This document shows, one piece after another, positions 1-7,603 of a stretch of DNA of 20,000 nucleotides; positions within the stretch are counted from its first letter, which is position 1, and each line of letters begins with the position of its first letter. The position numbers were made by a program, and so were the translations under genes. The notes beneath the pieces are model-generated. The model was not told the origin of the DNA. It made no database searches and saw nothing but the letters and a program-made list of their open reading frames with translations. This DNA is from an uncultured virus (IMG/VR IMGVR_UViG_3300043446_002035) (taxonomy: Duplodnaviria > Heunggongvirae > Uroviricota > Caudoviricetes), in the IMG/VR virus record IMGVR_UViG_3300043446_002035; one strand, given 5' to 3'.

Positions 1-231
1 GGTTGTGATGAAGTTATTTCTACCCGCCGCCTAGTACACATTGTCAAAACTTTCGGTATCTACGGTGATAAGAAAAAGGCAATTGAGTATTGCTTGAATC
101 GTTTTGATGCCGATACTAAGATTACCTTCCTTGATCTGTATACTAAGATTGATGCTGGTATTGACCCTAATGCTGCACCAGTTGTGGTTGATGAAGTACC
201 GGTGACTTCCTCTGAAGAACAACCATTCTAA
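1..231 (+). CDS. cobS: 3' end of CobS/MoxR-like AAA+ ATPase (partial)
   Basis: Frame 1 reads GCDEVISTRRLVHIVKTFGIYGDKKKAIEYCLNRFDADTKITFLDLYTKIDA...QPF* (TAA 229-231). DEVISTRRLVHI..RFD..TK..FLDLYTKID matches the C-terminus of CobS-like proteins in T4-like marine/freshwater phages. Not in the ORF track because it is truncated. Confidence 0.85.
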   Translation, partial: GCDEVISTRRLVHIVKTFGIYGDKKKAIEYCLNRFDADTKITFLDLYTKIDAGIDPNAAPVVVDEVPVTSSEEQPF

Positions 232-252
232 GGTTGTAATTCACTTTTGCCT

Positions 253-283
253 GAGAGAGTGTTGACACACTCTCTCTTTTTTT
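253..283 (+). terminator. Intrinsic terminator after cobS
   Basis: Perfect 10-bp stem GAGAGAGTGT (253-262) / ACACTCTCTC (267-276), loop TGAC, followed by T7 (277-283). Confidence 0.85.
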
Positions 284-290
284 ATATAAT
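262..290 (+). promoter_or_regulatory. Consensus sigma70-type (early) promoter
   Basis: TTGACA (262-267), 17-bp spacer, TATAAT (285-290). Confidence 0.9.
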
Positions 291-299
291 AGTAAGTAT

Positions 300-341
300 G
301 TAGAGAAAAGTCGCCTCTACTTTTTATTTTTTCGTGCGACT
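300..341 (+). promoter_or_regulatory. Putative structured 5' leader (H-type pseudoknot or attenuator hairpin)
   Basis: GTAGAG (300-305) pairs with CTCTAC (315-320). Loop AGTCGC (309-314) pairs with GCGACT (336-341). SD GGAG at 351-354. Confidence 0.5.
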
Positions 342-362
342 AATTTTTATGGAGTAAATTGA

Positions 363-626
363 ATGTCTGCTAAAGAGAAAATCCTCAAGTTCCTTTCTAA
401 GGATGGTCCTTACAATACTTTGACCGCTGCTCAGGCACGTGCCCGTTTTGGTATTGTAAATGTTGGTGCCCGCATTGAAGAACTACGTGCGGAAGGTTAC
501 TGCATTTATACCAACAAGAAAACTCTTGCTGATGGTCGTCGCATCACATACTACAAACTTGGTAAACCTACCAAGAAAATGATCGCTGCTGCACATGCAG
601 TTCTTGGTGGTCAGGCGTTTGCCTAA
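363..626 (+). CDS. Small basic winged helix-turn-helix DNA-binding protein
   Basis: 87 aa. KEKILKFL...LTAAQARARFGIVNVGARIEELRAEGYCIYT...ITYYKLG fits the wHTH pattern. It has an SD, its own promoter and its own terminator. Confidence 0.75.
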   Translation: MSAKEKILKFLSKDGPYNTLTAAQARARFGIVNVGARIEELRAEGYCIYTNKKTLADGRRITYYKLGKPTKKMIAAAHAVLGGQAFA

Positions 627-645
627 ATTAGGCTAAAAACTGGTG

Positions 646-684
646 GAGTGAGAGCATATATATTATGTGTTCTCACTCTTTTTT
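646..684 (+). terminator. Intrinsic terminator
   Basis: GAGTGAGAGCATATA (646-660) / TATGTGTTCTCACTC (664-678) stem with two G-U pairs, followed by T6. Confidence 0.85.
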
Positions 685-695
685 ATGGATAGATT

Positions 696-1511
696 ATGCA
701 AATACAAGTCGATATTGAACAACTAAGAAAAAATAAACTGTTCATTGCCACACCCATGTATGGTGGAATGAATCACGGTCTGTACATGAAATCATGTCTT
801 GACCTTCAAACCGTTATGATTCGTTACGGTATTGAAACAAAGTTTTCCTTCCTCTTCAACGAATCTCTCATCACAAGAGCAAGAAATTATCTAGTAGATG
901 AGTTTCTACGCACAGATTTTACACACATGATGTTTATCGATTCGGATATTCATTTTGATCCGAACGATGTTGTTGCCTTACTTGCACTTGATAAAGATGT
1001 AATTGGTGGTCCATATCCAAAGAAGTCAATCAATTGGAGTAATATTGCTGAGACTGCTCGTCGTCATCCAGATTTAAACCCAAGAGAACTTGAGAATCTT
1101 GTTGGTGAATATGTATTCAATGTGGTGAAAGGCACACAACAATTTCAAGTATCTGACCCACTTGAAGTGATGGAGATTGGCACAGGTCACATGATGATTA
1201 AACGTGGTGTGTTCGATAAAATGAAGGATGCTTATCCTCAAATCAAATACAAACCCGACCATGTTGGTCAAGCACACTTTGATGGTTCACGTTACATTCA
1301 TGCATACTTTGATACGGTGATTGACACAGCCGATTCTTGTGTTGGTGGAGGCTCTGAACGTTATCTATCAGAAGATTACATGTTCTGTCAGATGTGGCGC
1401 AAGATTGGTGGACAAGTTTGGTTATGTCCTTGGATGAAGACACAGCATATTGGTACATACGCATTTACTGGCAACATGCCCGCCGTTGCTCAGTATACTG
1501 GTAGACTGTGA
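696..1511 (+). CDS. GT-A fold glycosyltransferase-like protein
   Basis: LFIATPMYGG, NESLITRARN, THMMFIDSDI (DxD), IGTGHMMI, YLSEDYMFC and the terminal HIG are typical of the phage GT2-like family. Confidence 0.75.
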   Translation: MQIQVDIEQLRKNKLFIATPMYGGMNHGLYMKSCLDLQTVMIRYGIETKFSFLFNESLITRARNYLVDEFLRTDFTHMMFIDSDIHFDPNDVVALLALDKDVIGGPYPKKSINWSNIAETARRHPDLNPRELENLVGEYVFNVVKGTQQFQVSDPLEVMEIGTGHMMIKRGVFDKMKDAYPQIKYKPDHVGQAHFDGSRYIHAYFDTVIDTADSCVGGGSERYLSEDYMFCQMWRKIGGQVWLCPWMKTQHIGTYAFTGNMPAVAQYTGRL

Positions 1512-1777
1512 TAGATTACAAGTACAGTGAAGACCGTATTCTTAAAGACATAAAAGAATACGTTGATAAGACATACGGTCAACACTACTCACTAAACAAA
1601 TTCCAAACTTCAGAATTCATCATTGATTGTGGGCATGGTGAAGGATTCTTTATTGGTAACATCATCAAATACGCACAACGATACGGCAAAAAGAACGGCT
1701 ACAATCGTGATGACTTGATGAAAGTTGTACATTATGCTATAATGGCCTTACACAACCATGATTTGACGAGGAAATAA
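1508..1777 (+). CDS. DUF3310-family protein (T7 gp1.7-like putative nucleotide kinase domain)
   Basis: HY...GFFIGNIIKYAQRYGKKNG...DLMKVVHY motif. GTG start overlaps the upstream TGA. Confidence 0.75.
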   Translation: MIDYKYSEDRILKDIKEYVDKTYGQHYSLNKFQTSEFIIDCGHGEGFFIGNIIKYAQRYGKKNGYNRDDLMKVVHYAIMALHNHDLTRK

Positions 1778-1780
1778 ATT

Positions 1781-2461
1781 ATGAAACTTTCAAATGAAAC
1801 TTTGTCTGTGTTGAAAAACTTTGCTAGTATCAATCAAGGCATTGTTTTCAAACCAGGTAAAACAATTCGTACCATCTCTACACACAAGAATATTCTTGCC
1901 GAGGCTGTTGTCTCTGAAGAGATTCCAAAAGAGTTTGGTGTATATGATCTAAACAACTTTTTGTCCGTTCTTTCTCTTCACAAAGAAGAGCCGGTCATTG
2001 ACTTTGATGAGGCAAATGTACTCATCTCTGGTTTGCAAGGTCGTAGCAAAATCAAATATCGTTTTTGTGCCACTAGCATGATTGTTGCAGCACCAGACAA
2101 AAATCTGGAACTGGACAATCCAGAAATCAAGTTTGATTTGAGTGCTGAAGACTTTGATTGGATTCTACGTGCAGCCAATGTTCTGTCTTCACCACACATT
2201 GCCGTTGAATCTGATGGAAGTAAAATCTCTGTGACTGCATTTGATTCACAGAATGATGCAGCACACACCGAGTCTTTGGAAGTTTCAAAGAGTAATGGTA
2301 ACAAATACAAAATGCTCTTCAAAACCGAAAACTTGAAGATGCTTTCTGGTGCTTATGCAGTTACAATATCTTCAAAAGGTATTGCACATTTCAAACACAA
2401 ATCAATGAACATTCAGTATTGGATTGCAACTGAAGCTGGTTCAAAATATGAGAAAGGTTAA
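1781..2461 (+). CDS. 45: DNA polymerase sliding clamp (T4 gp45)
   Basis: MKLSNETLSVLKNFASINQGI, FGVYDLNNFLSVLSL, C-terminal YWIATE; position in the replication module. Confidence 0.96.
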   Translation: MKLSNETLSVLKNFASINQGIVFKPGKTIRTISTHKNILAEAVVSEEIPKEFGVYDLNNFLSVLSLHKEEPVIDFDEANVLISGLQGRSKIKYRFCATSMIVAAPDKNLELDNPEIKFDLSAEDFDWILRAANVLSSPHIAVESDGSKISVTAFDSQNDAAHTESLEVSKSNGNKYKMLFKTENLKMLSGAYAVTISSKGIAHFKHKSMNIQYWIATEAGSKYEKG

Positions 2462-2463
2462 TC

Positions 2464-2673
2464 ATGGGTAAGTTCGTTGTTTTTACGAATGCATCACCTG
2501 CTTTTGATGGTGAATCTATCGCCATTAATAAAGAGGCAATTGCATCCGTGTTTGAGCCAGTAAAAACTATTCCAGAACAGGAAGGCAAAACTGTTATCTA
2601 TGGTATCAACGGCATTGATTGGCATGTAAAAGAAAATTATCTGGAAGTTCTTGCAGCATTGAACGCTGACTGA
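2464..2673 (+). CDS. Hypothetical protein (69 aa)
   Basis: Fills the gap between gp45 and gp44. SD-like AAGG upstream; normal codon usage. Confidence 0.75.
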   Translation: MGKFVVFTNASPAFDGESIAINKEAIASVFEPVKTIPEQEGKTVIYGINGIDWHVKENYLEVLAALNAD

Positions 2674-2679
2674 TATAAT
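2651..2679 (+). promoter_or_regulatory. sigma70-type promoter with extended -10 upstream of gp44
   Basis: TTGCAG (2651-2656), 17 bp, TATAAT (2674-2679), preceded by TG (TGaTATAAT). Confidence 0.65.
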
Positions 2680-2712
2680 ATTACTACATTATGATTTTTG
2701 TGAAAGGTTACC

Positions 2713-3642
2713 ATGGAACATCTTCTGTGGACAGAAAAGTATCGGCCACGAACAGTGGAAGATTGTATTTTACCAGAACGCTTGAAGGCAACATTTCAAG
2801 AATACGTGAATCAGAAGGAGATACCAAATCTCCTTCTGGCTGGTGGAGCGGGCGTGGGCAAGACTACAATCGCCAAGGCCATGTGCAACGAAATCGGTTG
2901 CGACTACATGATAATCAATGGTTCTGATGAGAACGGTGTTGATACGATTCGTGTCAAAATTAAAAACTATGCATCATCTATTTCTCTATCTGGCGGCCGA
3001 AAGGTCGTCATTCTAGATGAAGCAGACTATCTAACACCAAACGCACAAGCAATTCTGCGTAACGCTATTGAAGAGTTTGCTGCAAACTGTTCTTTCATTT
3101 TCACTTGTAACTACAAAAACAAAATCATTGACCCACTACACAGTCGTTGTGCGGTGATTGAATTTGGTTTGAAGAATGGTGAAAAACAAAAGATGGCTTC
3201 TGCCTTCTTCAAACGCATCACACACATACTAGACACAGAGAAAGTTGAATTTGATGAAAAGGTAATCGCTGAAGTAGTCAAGAAACACTTTCCAGATTTT
3301 CGTCGTGTTATTAATGAACTTCAACGCTATTCCAAACTCGGCAAGATTGATGTAGGCATACTCTCTCAGATTGGTGATATTTCTCTAACACAGATTGTCA
3401 AACATCTGAAAGAAAAAGACTTTACATCCGTCCGTAAATGGGCAGCAACGTCGGAAATTGATAACACGACATTCTTTCGCAAACTCTATGATGCTTTGTA
3501 TGACATTGCAAAGCCTCAGAGTATACCACAGGCAGTGCTAATTCTTGCTGACTATCAGTATAAGCAGGCATTCGTTGCTGATCATGAAATCAATCTTGTT
3601 GCTTGTCTGACAGAAATTATGGCCAACGTGGAATTCAAATGA
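2713..3642 (+). CDS. 44: Clamp loader large subunit (T4 gp44, RFC-like AAA+)
   Basis: LWTEKYRP, Walker A GGAGVGKT, Walker B ILDEAD, SRC motif (LHSRC), FPDFRR. Confidence 0.97.
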   Translation: MEHLLWTEKYRPRTVEDCILPERLKATFQEYVNQKEIPNLLLAGGAGVGKTTIAKAMCNEIGCDYMIINGSDENGVDTIRVKIKNYASSISLSGGRKVVILDEADYLTPNAQAILRNAIEEFAANCSFIFTCNYKNKIIDPLHSRCAVIEFGLKNGEKQKMASAFFKRITHILDTEKVEFDEKVIAEVVKKHFPDFRRVINELQRYSKLGKIDVGILSQIGDISLTQIVKHLKEKDFTSVRKWAATSEIDNTTFFRKLYDALYDIAKPQSIPQAVLILADYQYKQAFVADHEINLVACLTEIMANVEFK

Positions 3643-3643
3643 T

Positions 3644-4063
3644 ATGGGTAATTTATCTCAGTTTTTAGGTGAACAGCCTCAATTGGTTGAAACTAAACCA
3701 TGTATATACTGCAAAGTTGAAAAACCTTTAATTGAATTTGCATCATTGTTAACAAATTATGATAAGCGTGATAATCGTTGCAAAGTTTGTGTTAGTAAAC
3801 AAATAAAAGTTAGAGCCAATTTAAAAAAATACGTTAGAGCAAGACCAAATGTTTGTGAGTGTTGTGGTAAATGCACACTTGAACAAACTAAAAATAGAAA
3901 ACCAATAGGACTCTTTTTGGATCATGATCACAAAACTGGTCAGTTTAGGGGTTGGATTTGTCACGACTGTAATTCTGCTTTAGCAAGAGCCGGAGATAAT
4001 CTGGATGGTGTTATGAAACTTGTGAAATATTTGGAAAAACATGAAACACGAACAACGAATTGA
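3644..4063 (+). CDS. Endonuclease VII-domain (His-Me finger) protein, homing-endonuclease-like
   Basis: N-terminal CxxC..CxxC zinc finger, then CECC...LDHDHKTGQFRGWICHDCNSALARAGDN, the Endo VII signature. Confidence 0.88.
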   Translation: MGNLSQFLGEQPQLVETKPCIYCKVEKPLIEFASLLTNYDKRDNRCKVCVSKQIKVRANLKKYVRARPNVCECCGKCTLEQTKNRKPIGLFLDHDHKTGQFRGWICHDCNSALARAGDNLDGVMKLVKYLEKHETRTTN

Positions 4064-4505
4064 CATATTAGGTAGAATAGGTGAAAAGATTGTTGTGAAC
4101 TATTTAAATAGTTTAGGACACAAAGTTCAGGAATCTATTGATCATTTCGATCACACAAAAGATATGATTGTTGATGGTAAACATATAGAGGTTAAAACAG
4201 AACAACCTTTTGTGGTAAAAAATGCTTTCACTTTTAGAGAAACACAGTTGAGAAAATGTCGTAATGTTGATGAACTGTATTTTGTTTCTATACCCCCTTT
4301 GATAAATCCAAAATACAAATGGGGTGGTTGGATTTTCAGTGCTAATCCTAAAACATTCGTTGAGAGTGAAAGATACACAACGAAGTTCGGTCATAAGATG
4401 GTAGTGATTCCAATTGAGCAAGAATCATTGATAGCGGTCAAGAAGTTGACTCAGGAAGAAATTCACGAACTTATGAAATATGCAGATTCAAGTTATAAAA
4501 AATGA
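4041..4505 (+). CDS. Putative PD-(D/E)XK nuclease-fold protein
   Basis: GRIGEKIV (helix with E), KDMIVDGKHIEVKT (D...ExK). Confidence 0.65.
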   Translation: MKHEQRIDILGRIGEKIVVNYLNSLGHKVQESIDHFDHTKDMIVDGKHIEVKTEQPFVVKNAFTFRETQLRKCRNVDELYFVSIPPLINPKYKWGGWIFSANPKTFVESERYTTKFGHKMVVIPIEQESLIAVKKLTQEEIHELMKYADSSYKK

Positions 4506-4888
4506 GCAATCCATTTGACTACGCCACAGCTATTCTACAAACCAAGAAACAACTTATTGTAGATGACCTGACTGAGAAGGACTACAATCCTTTTCTGGTC
4601 AACCGAGCCTTGTCTCAGCACAAAGACTGTCTAGCCTTTGCAAACGAGATGAATAGTAGGCACTACCTTGAAAAGAAGCTACAATTTGACTATTTACTAA
4701 ATACTGTCAGGTCTATGAAAAGACCATTTGCGAAGTGGGCTAAGTCTGAAAAAAACGATGATTTGGAATGTGTCAAACTGGTCTATGGCCTGTCCGATTC
4801 CAAAGCACGTGAGGCTTTGCGAATACTAAGCAAAGAACAAATCCAAAAACTAAAAGAAGAAACCCTAACGGGTGGGTTAAGGAAATGA
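4502..4888 (+). CDS. 62: Clamp loader small subunit (T4 gp62)
   Basis: YNPFLVNRALS, ANEMN, QFDYLLN, RPFAKWAK, YGLSDSKAREAL; synteny. Confidence 0.95.
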   Translation: MSNPFDYATAILQTKKQLIVDDLTEKDYNPFLVNRALSQHKDCLAFANEMNSRHYLEKKLQFDYLLNTVRSMKRPFAKWAKSEKNDDLECVKLVYGLSDSKAREALRILSKEQIQKLKEETLTGGLRK

Positions 4889-4889
4889 C

Positions 4890-5291
4890 ATGGTGGATAT
4901 ATCTAAGTTTGTTGAAGTTGTTCTTGTAGAAGAGGATGACTTTCTAAAAGTACGAGAGACACTAACAAGGATTGGTGTATCATCAAGAAAAGAAAGAGTA
5001 TTGTATCAGTCTTGCCACATATTGCACAAGCAAGGCAAATATTACATTGTACATTTCAAAGAGTTATTTGCATTAGACGGTAAACCATCAACAATTACCG
5101 AAAACGATATACAAAGACGTAACGCTATTGCCAATTTACTTGAAGAGTGGGGCTTGATTAAAGTTGTGAACTATGATATAATTGAAAACAACATGGCACC
5201 AATTCATCAAATTAAAATTATATCTTTCAAAGAGAAAGATGACTGGGAATTAGTTGCCAAATATAATATCGGTAAAAAGAAGAAAGAATAA
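4890..5291 (+). CDS. regA: RegA translational repressor
   Basis: DDFLKVRETLTRIGV, LYQSCHILHKQGKYYIVHFKELFALDG, KYNIG. Confidence 0.98.
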   Translation: MVDISKFVEVVLVEEDDFLKVRETLTRIGVSSRKERVLYQSCHILHKQGKYYIVHFKELFALDGKPSTITENDIQRRNAIANLLEEWGLIKVVNYDIIENNMAPIHQIKIISFKEKDDWELVAKYNIGKKKKE

Positions 5292-5304
5292 ATGGTGAGT
5301 CATC

Positions 5305-5493
5305 ATGAGCAAAGTGAAAAACAATCCGATCAAACTAATAAATAAATACACTAAAGAAGAAGTGTATACTAGGGATTACGACAACGTGATTAAAGAAGGT
5401 AGTAACGAGTTTATTAAAGTCTTTAGTCAAAGTAATCCACAAAGAACTTATCTTGTCAACCGCACAGCATTTGTGGTTGCAAGTAAGTCGTGA
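5305..5493 (+). CDS. Hypothetical protein (62 aa)
   Basis: ORF fills the regA-hsp20 gap, with GGTGAG SD-like sequence upstream. Confidence 0.7.
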   Translation: MSKVKNNPIKLINKYTKEEVYTRDYDNVIKEGSNEFIKVFSQSNPQRTYLVNRTAFVVASKS

Positions 5494-5542
5494 TGCCTTC
5501 GGGGTCACGTAATTTAACTTGCTTAAAAAGGAGAAAACTATG
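5489..5542 (+). promoter_or_regulatory. ROSE-like RNA thermometer leader of hsp20
   Basis: cUUCGg tetraloop hairpin at 5489-5509, then CUUGCUU (5518-5524) pairing with the SD AAGGAG (5528-5533) with a bulged G. ATG at 5540. Confidence 0.65.
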
Positions 5543-6019
5543 ACAGTAGGACGTATTGCTTTTGGACCATTGTTTCATCAGACACTTGGCTTTGAAAACT
5601 TTATTCGTGATGTAGAATCAATTCTGAATGAAACTAAACCAGTAAATAACTTTCCGCCACATAACATCATCAAAATAGATGATAATAAGTATGCGGTAGA
5701 ACTTGCTGTTGCTGGTTTCAGTAAAGATGAAATTGATATTCAGGTACAAGAAAATACATTGACTATCAAAGGTGAAAAGGTTGAAGGAACACCAAACTTG
5801 GAATATCTACATCGTGGTATTGGTACACGTTCTTTCACTAAGTCAATCACTATTGCTGACACCATTGAAGTAAAAGGTGCAGAATACAAAGATGGCATTC
5901 TACGCATTGGACTTGAGAACATCATTCCAGAGCATAAGAAACCACGTAAGATTGAGATTGGTAATGAACTCAAAACATTCCAGCCTCAACTTCTACAAGA
6001 AGAAAAGAAGGCTGCGTAA
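5540..6019 (+). CDS. hsp20: Small heat shock protein Hsp20 (IbpA-like)
   Basis: NFPPHNI, ELAVAGF, YLHRGIGTRSF, GAEYKDGILRIGLENIIPEHKKPRKIEI. Start moved to ATG 5540 because of the SD AAGGAG. Confidence 0.96.
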   Translation: MTVGRIAFGPLFHQTLGFENFIRDVESILNETKPVNNFPPHNIIKIDDNKYAVELAVAGFSKDEIDIQVQENTLTIKGEKVEGTPNLEYLHRGIGTRSFTKSITIADTIEVKGAEYKDGILRIGLENIIPEHKKPRKIEIGNELKTFQPQLLQEEKKAA

Positions 6020-6021
6020 TG

Positions 6022-6043
6022 AGTGGGGCGCAAGCCCCACTTT
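6022..6043 (+). terminator. GNRA-loop hairpin after hsp20 (weak terminator or mRNA stabiliser)
   Basis: AGTGGGGC-GCAA-GCCCCACT with only a short T tract. Confidence 0.65.
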
Positions 6044-6052
6044 GAAGGATAC

Positions 6053-6631
6053 ATGATGAACAAAGACTTACGATCATACCTCAAAATCTATTCCGATTGG
6101 CTCACACCAGAAGTGTGCCAAGAGACTGTTGACGAACTAGAACTAGTAGAGGGTCAGTTTCAAACACATCAATTTTATGATTATCATAACAATTCCAATC
6201 ATTCGTATGAACACGAACTTGCCGTTACATGGTCAAATGTAAAACACAAAGAATACATTATGCAAAGAATTTGGGATGGTCTACAAAGATATCACCAAGA
6301 ACTTGCGGAATGGGGTTGCGATTGGTATGCCACTTGGCAAGGTTACACAGAAGTTCGTTTTAATCGATATCGTGAAAACACAAACATGAAACTTCATTGC
6401 GATCACATTCATTCAATGTTTGATGGTCAGCGCAAAGGTATACCAACACTCACTATTCTTGGTGGTTTAAATGGTGGCTATGAGGGTGGTGATCTGGTGT
6501 TTTGGCAAGATACACCCATAACTTTGAAGGCAGGTGAGATTATGATTTTCCCATCAAACTTTCTTTATCCACACAGAGTTGACTTAGTGACGAAAGGCAC
6601 ACGATACTCATACGTTTCTTGGACATGGTAA
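6053..6631 (+). CDS. 2OG-Fe(II) oxygenase (prolyl-hydroxylase-like)
   Basis: HCD (HxD), YEGGDLVF, IFPSNFLYPHRV (distal H), GTRYSYVSW (RxS). Start at ATG 6053 or 6056 after AAGGA. Confidence 0.92.
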   Translation: MMNKDLRSYLKIYSDWLTPEVCQETVDELELVEGQFQTHQFYDYHNNSNHSYEHELAVTWSNVKHKEYIMQRIWDGLQRYHQELAEWGCDWYATWQGYTEVRFNRYRENTNMKLHCDHIHSMFDGQRKGIPTLTILGGLNGGYEGGDLVFWQDTPITLKAGEIMIFPSNFLYPHRVDLVTKGTRYSYVSWTW

Positions 6632-6795
6632 TGAAACCCAATCAAAATTTTAAAATGAAAAAAGACTTGAAGATTTTACTGTCAAGTCTTAAAGGTGAAC
6701 ATAAATTTGACTACAAACGTGAGATGATTCAAGCAATCATTGCACCACGTATTGAGTTCAAGAAGAAGAGAAAAGAAGAGACACAAGATGACTGA
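6631..6795 (+). CDS. Small basic hypothetical protein (54 aa; not in ORF track)
   Basis: MKPNQNFKMKKDLKILLSSLKGEHKFDYKREMIQAIIAPRIEFKKKRKEETQDD*. TAATG coupling upstream; overlaps the next ATG. Confidence 0.75.
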   Translation: MKPNQNFKMKKDLKILLSSLKGEHKFDYKREMIQAIIAPRIEFKKKRKEETQDD

Positions 6796-7603
6796 TCTAC
6801 TAATGGTAAGTCATTTTCATAAGGACTTTCCTTTTAATCACGAATCGTCTTGGTTGAAGGCTGCGTATGCTGGTAGTCATGCACCATATGGTTGGCATCC
6901 ACCGGGACCAGGTAATTGGATAAACACATCTCATCATAAGAGTGTGTATGAGTATCGTCATTATTATGGCACACGCAGTGAAGATGATTTTCTTCGTGCG
7001 TTAGGTCAACAAGCATCTGAATATTACTTGTGGAAACACGCACGTGCTGACTTCATCGGTTGTACAACATATCGTCGCTATCTTGACTTTAAAGGTGACT
7101 TAGACAGAAATGTGCTAAAAGCAGCAATGCCACCAACAAAAGAAAGTGCTGATTACATGGCTTCTGACGAACAGAAAGCAGCAGCACTGAAACTGCTTGA
7201 AACACATGATGCAATCACAAATCCAATTACGCCACTGCCTTATTCTGTTCGTACACAATACTTACATTCACAACCACCGGAATACCTGAATCTGTTTTTA
7301 GAGGGTATTGAAAAATTATTGCCAGACTACAGAGACAGTATGCAGTGGTGGGATGAGCATGGTGCAAGTTTTGAGACATGCTATGTCATGCGTAAACAAT
7401 TATTCAGAAAGTACGCATCTGAGTTATTCGAATTATTAGAATACGTGTGGCAAAATACAATCGCTGTATATCCAACACAACAGACAACATCTGAGCCTTT
7501 ACCTTGGCGTTATCCAGGATTTTTAGGCGAAAGATTTCTTCCATTCTTTTTACACGCTAACGGCGTAAACGTAGCTAGGGTACCACTTATCATTCTGGAA
7601 TAA
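6788..7603 (+). CDS. DUF4422-like protein (polysaccharide/glycosyltransferase-associated)
   Basis: YYLWKH..ADFIGCTTYRRYL, YVMRKQLFRKYASELFELL, RYPGFLGERFL. Likely start ATG 6788 (MTDLLMVSH). Confidence 0.75.
   Translation: MTDLLMVSHFHKDFPFNHESSWLKAAYAGSHAPYGWHPPGPGNWINTSHHKSVYEYRHYYGTRSEDDFLRALGQQASEYYLWKHARADFIGCTTYRRYLDFKGDLDRNVLKAAMPPTKESADYMASDEQKAAALKLLETHDAITNPITPLPYSVRTQYLHSQPPEYLNLFLEGIEKLLPDYRDSMQWWDEHGASFETCYVMRKQLFRKYASELFELLEYVWQNTIAVYPTQQTTSEPLPWRYPGFLGERFLPFFLHANGVNVARVPLIILE

Noticed and set aside
5337..5348. AATAAATAAATA as a late-promoter variant upstream of hsp20
   Set aside because: One mismatch to TATAAATA, lies inside a coding ORF, and is expected by chance in AT-rich DNA. 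Possible but unsupported.
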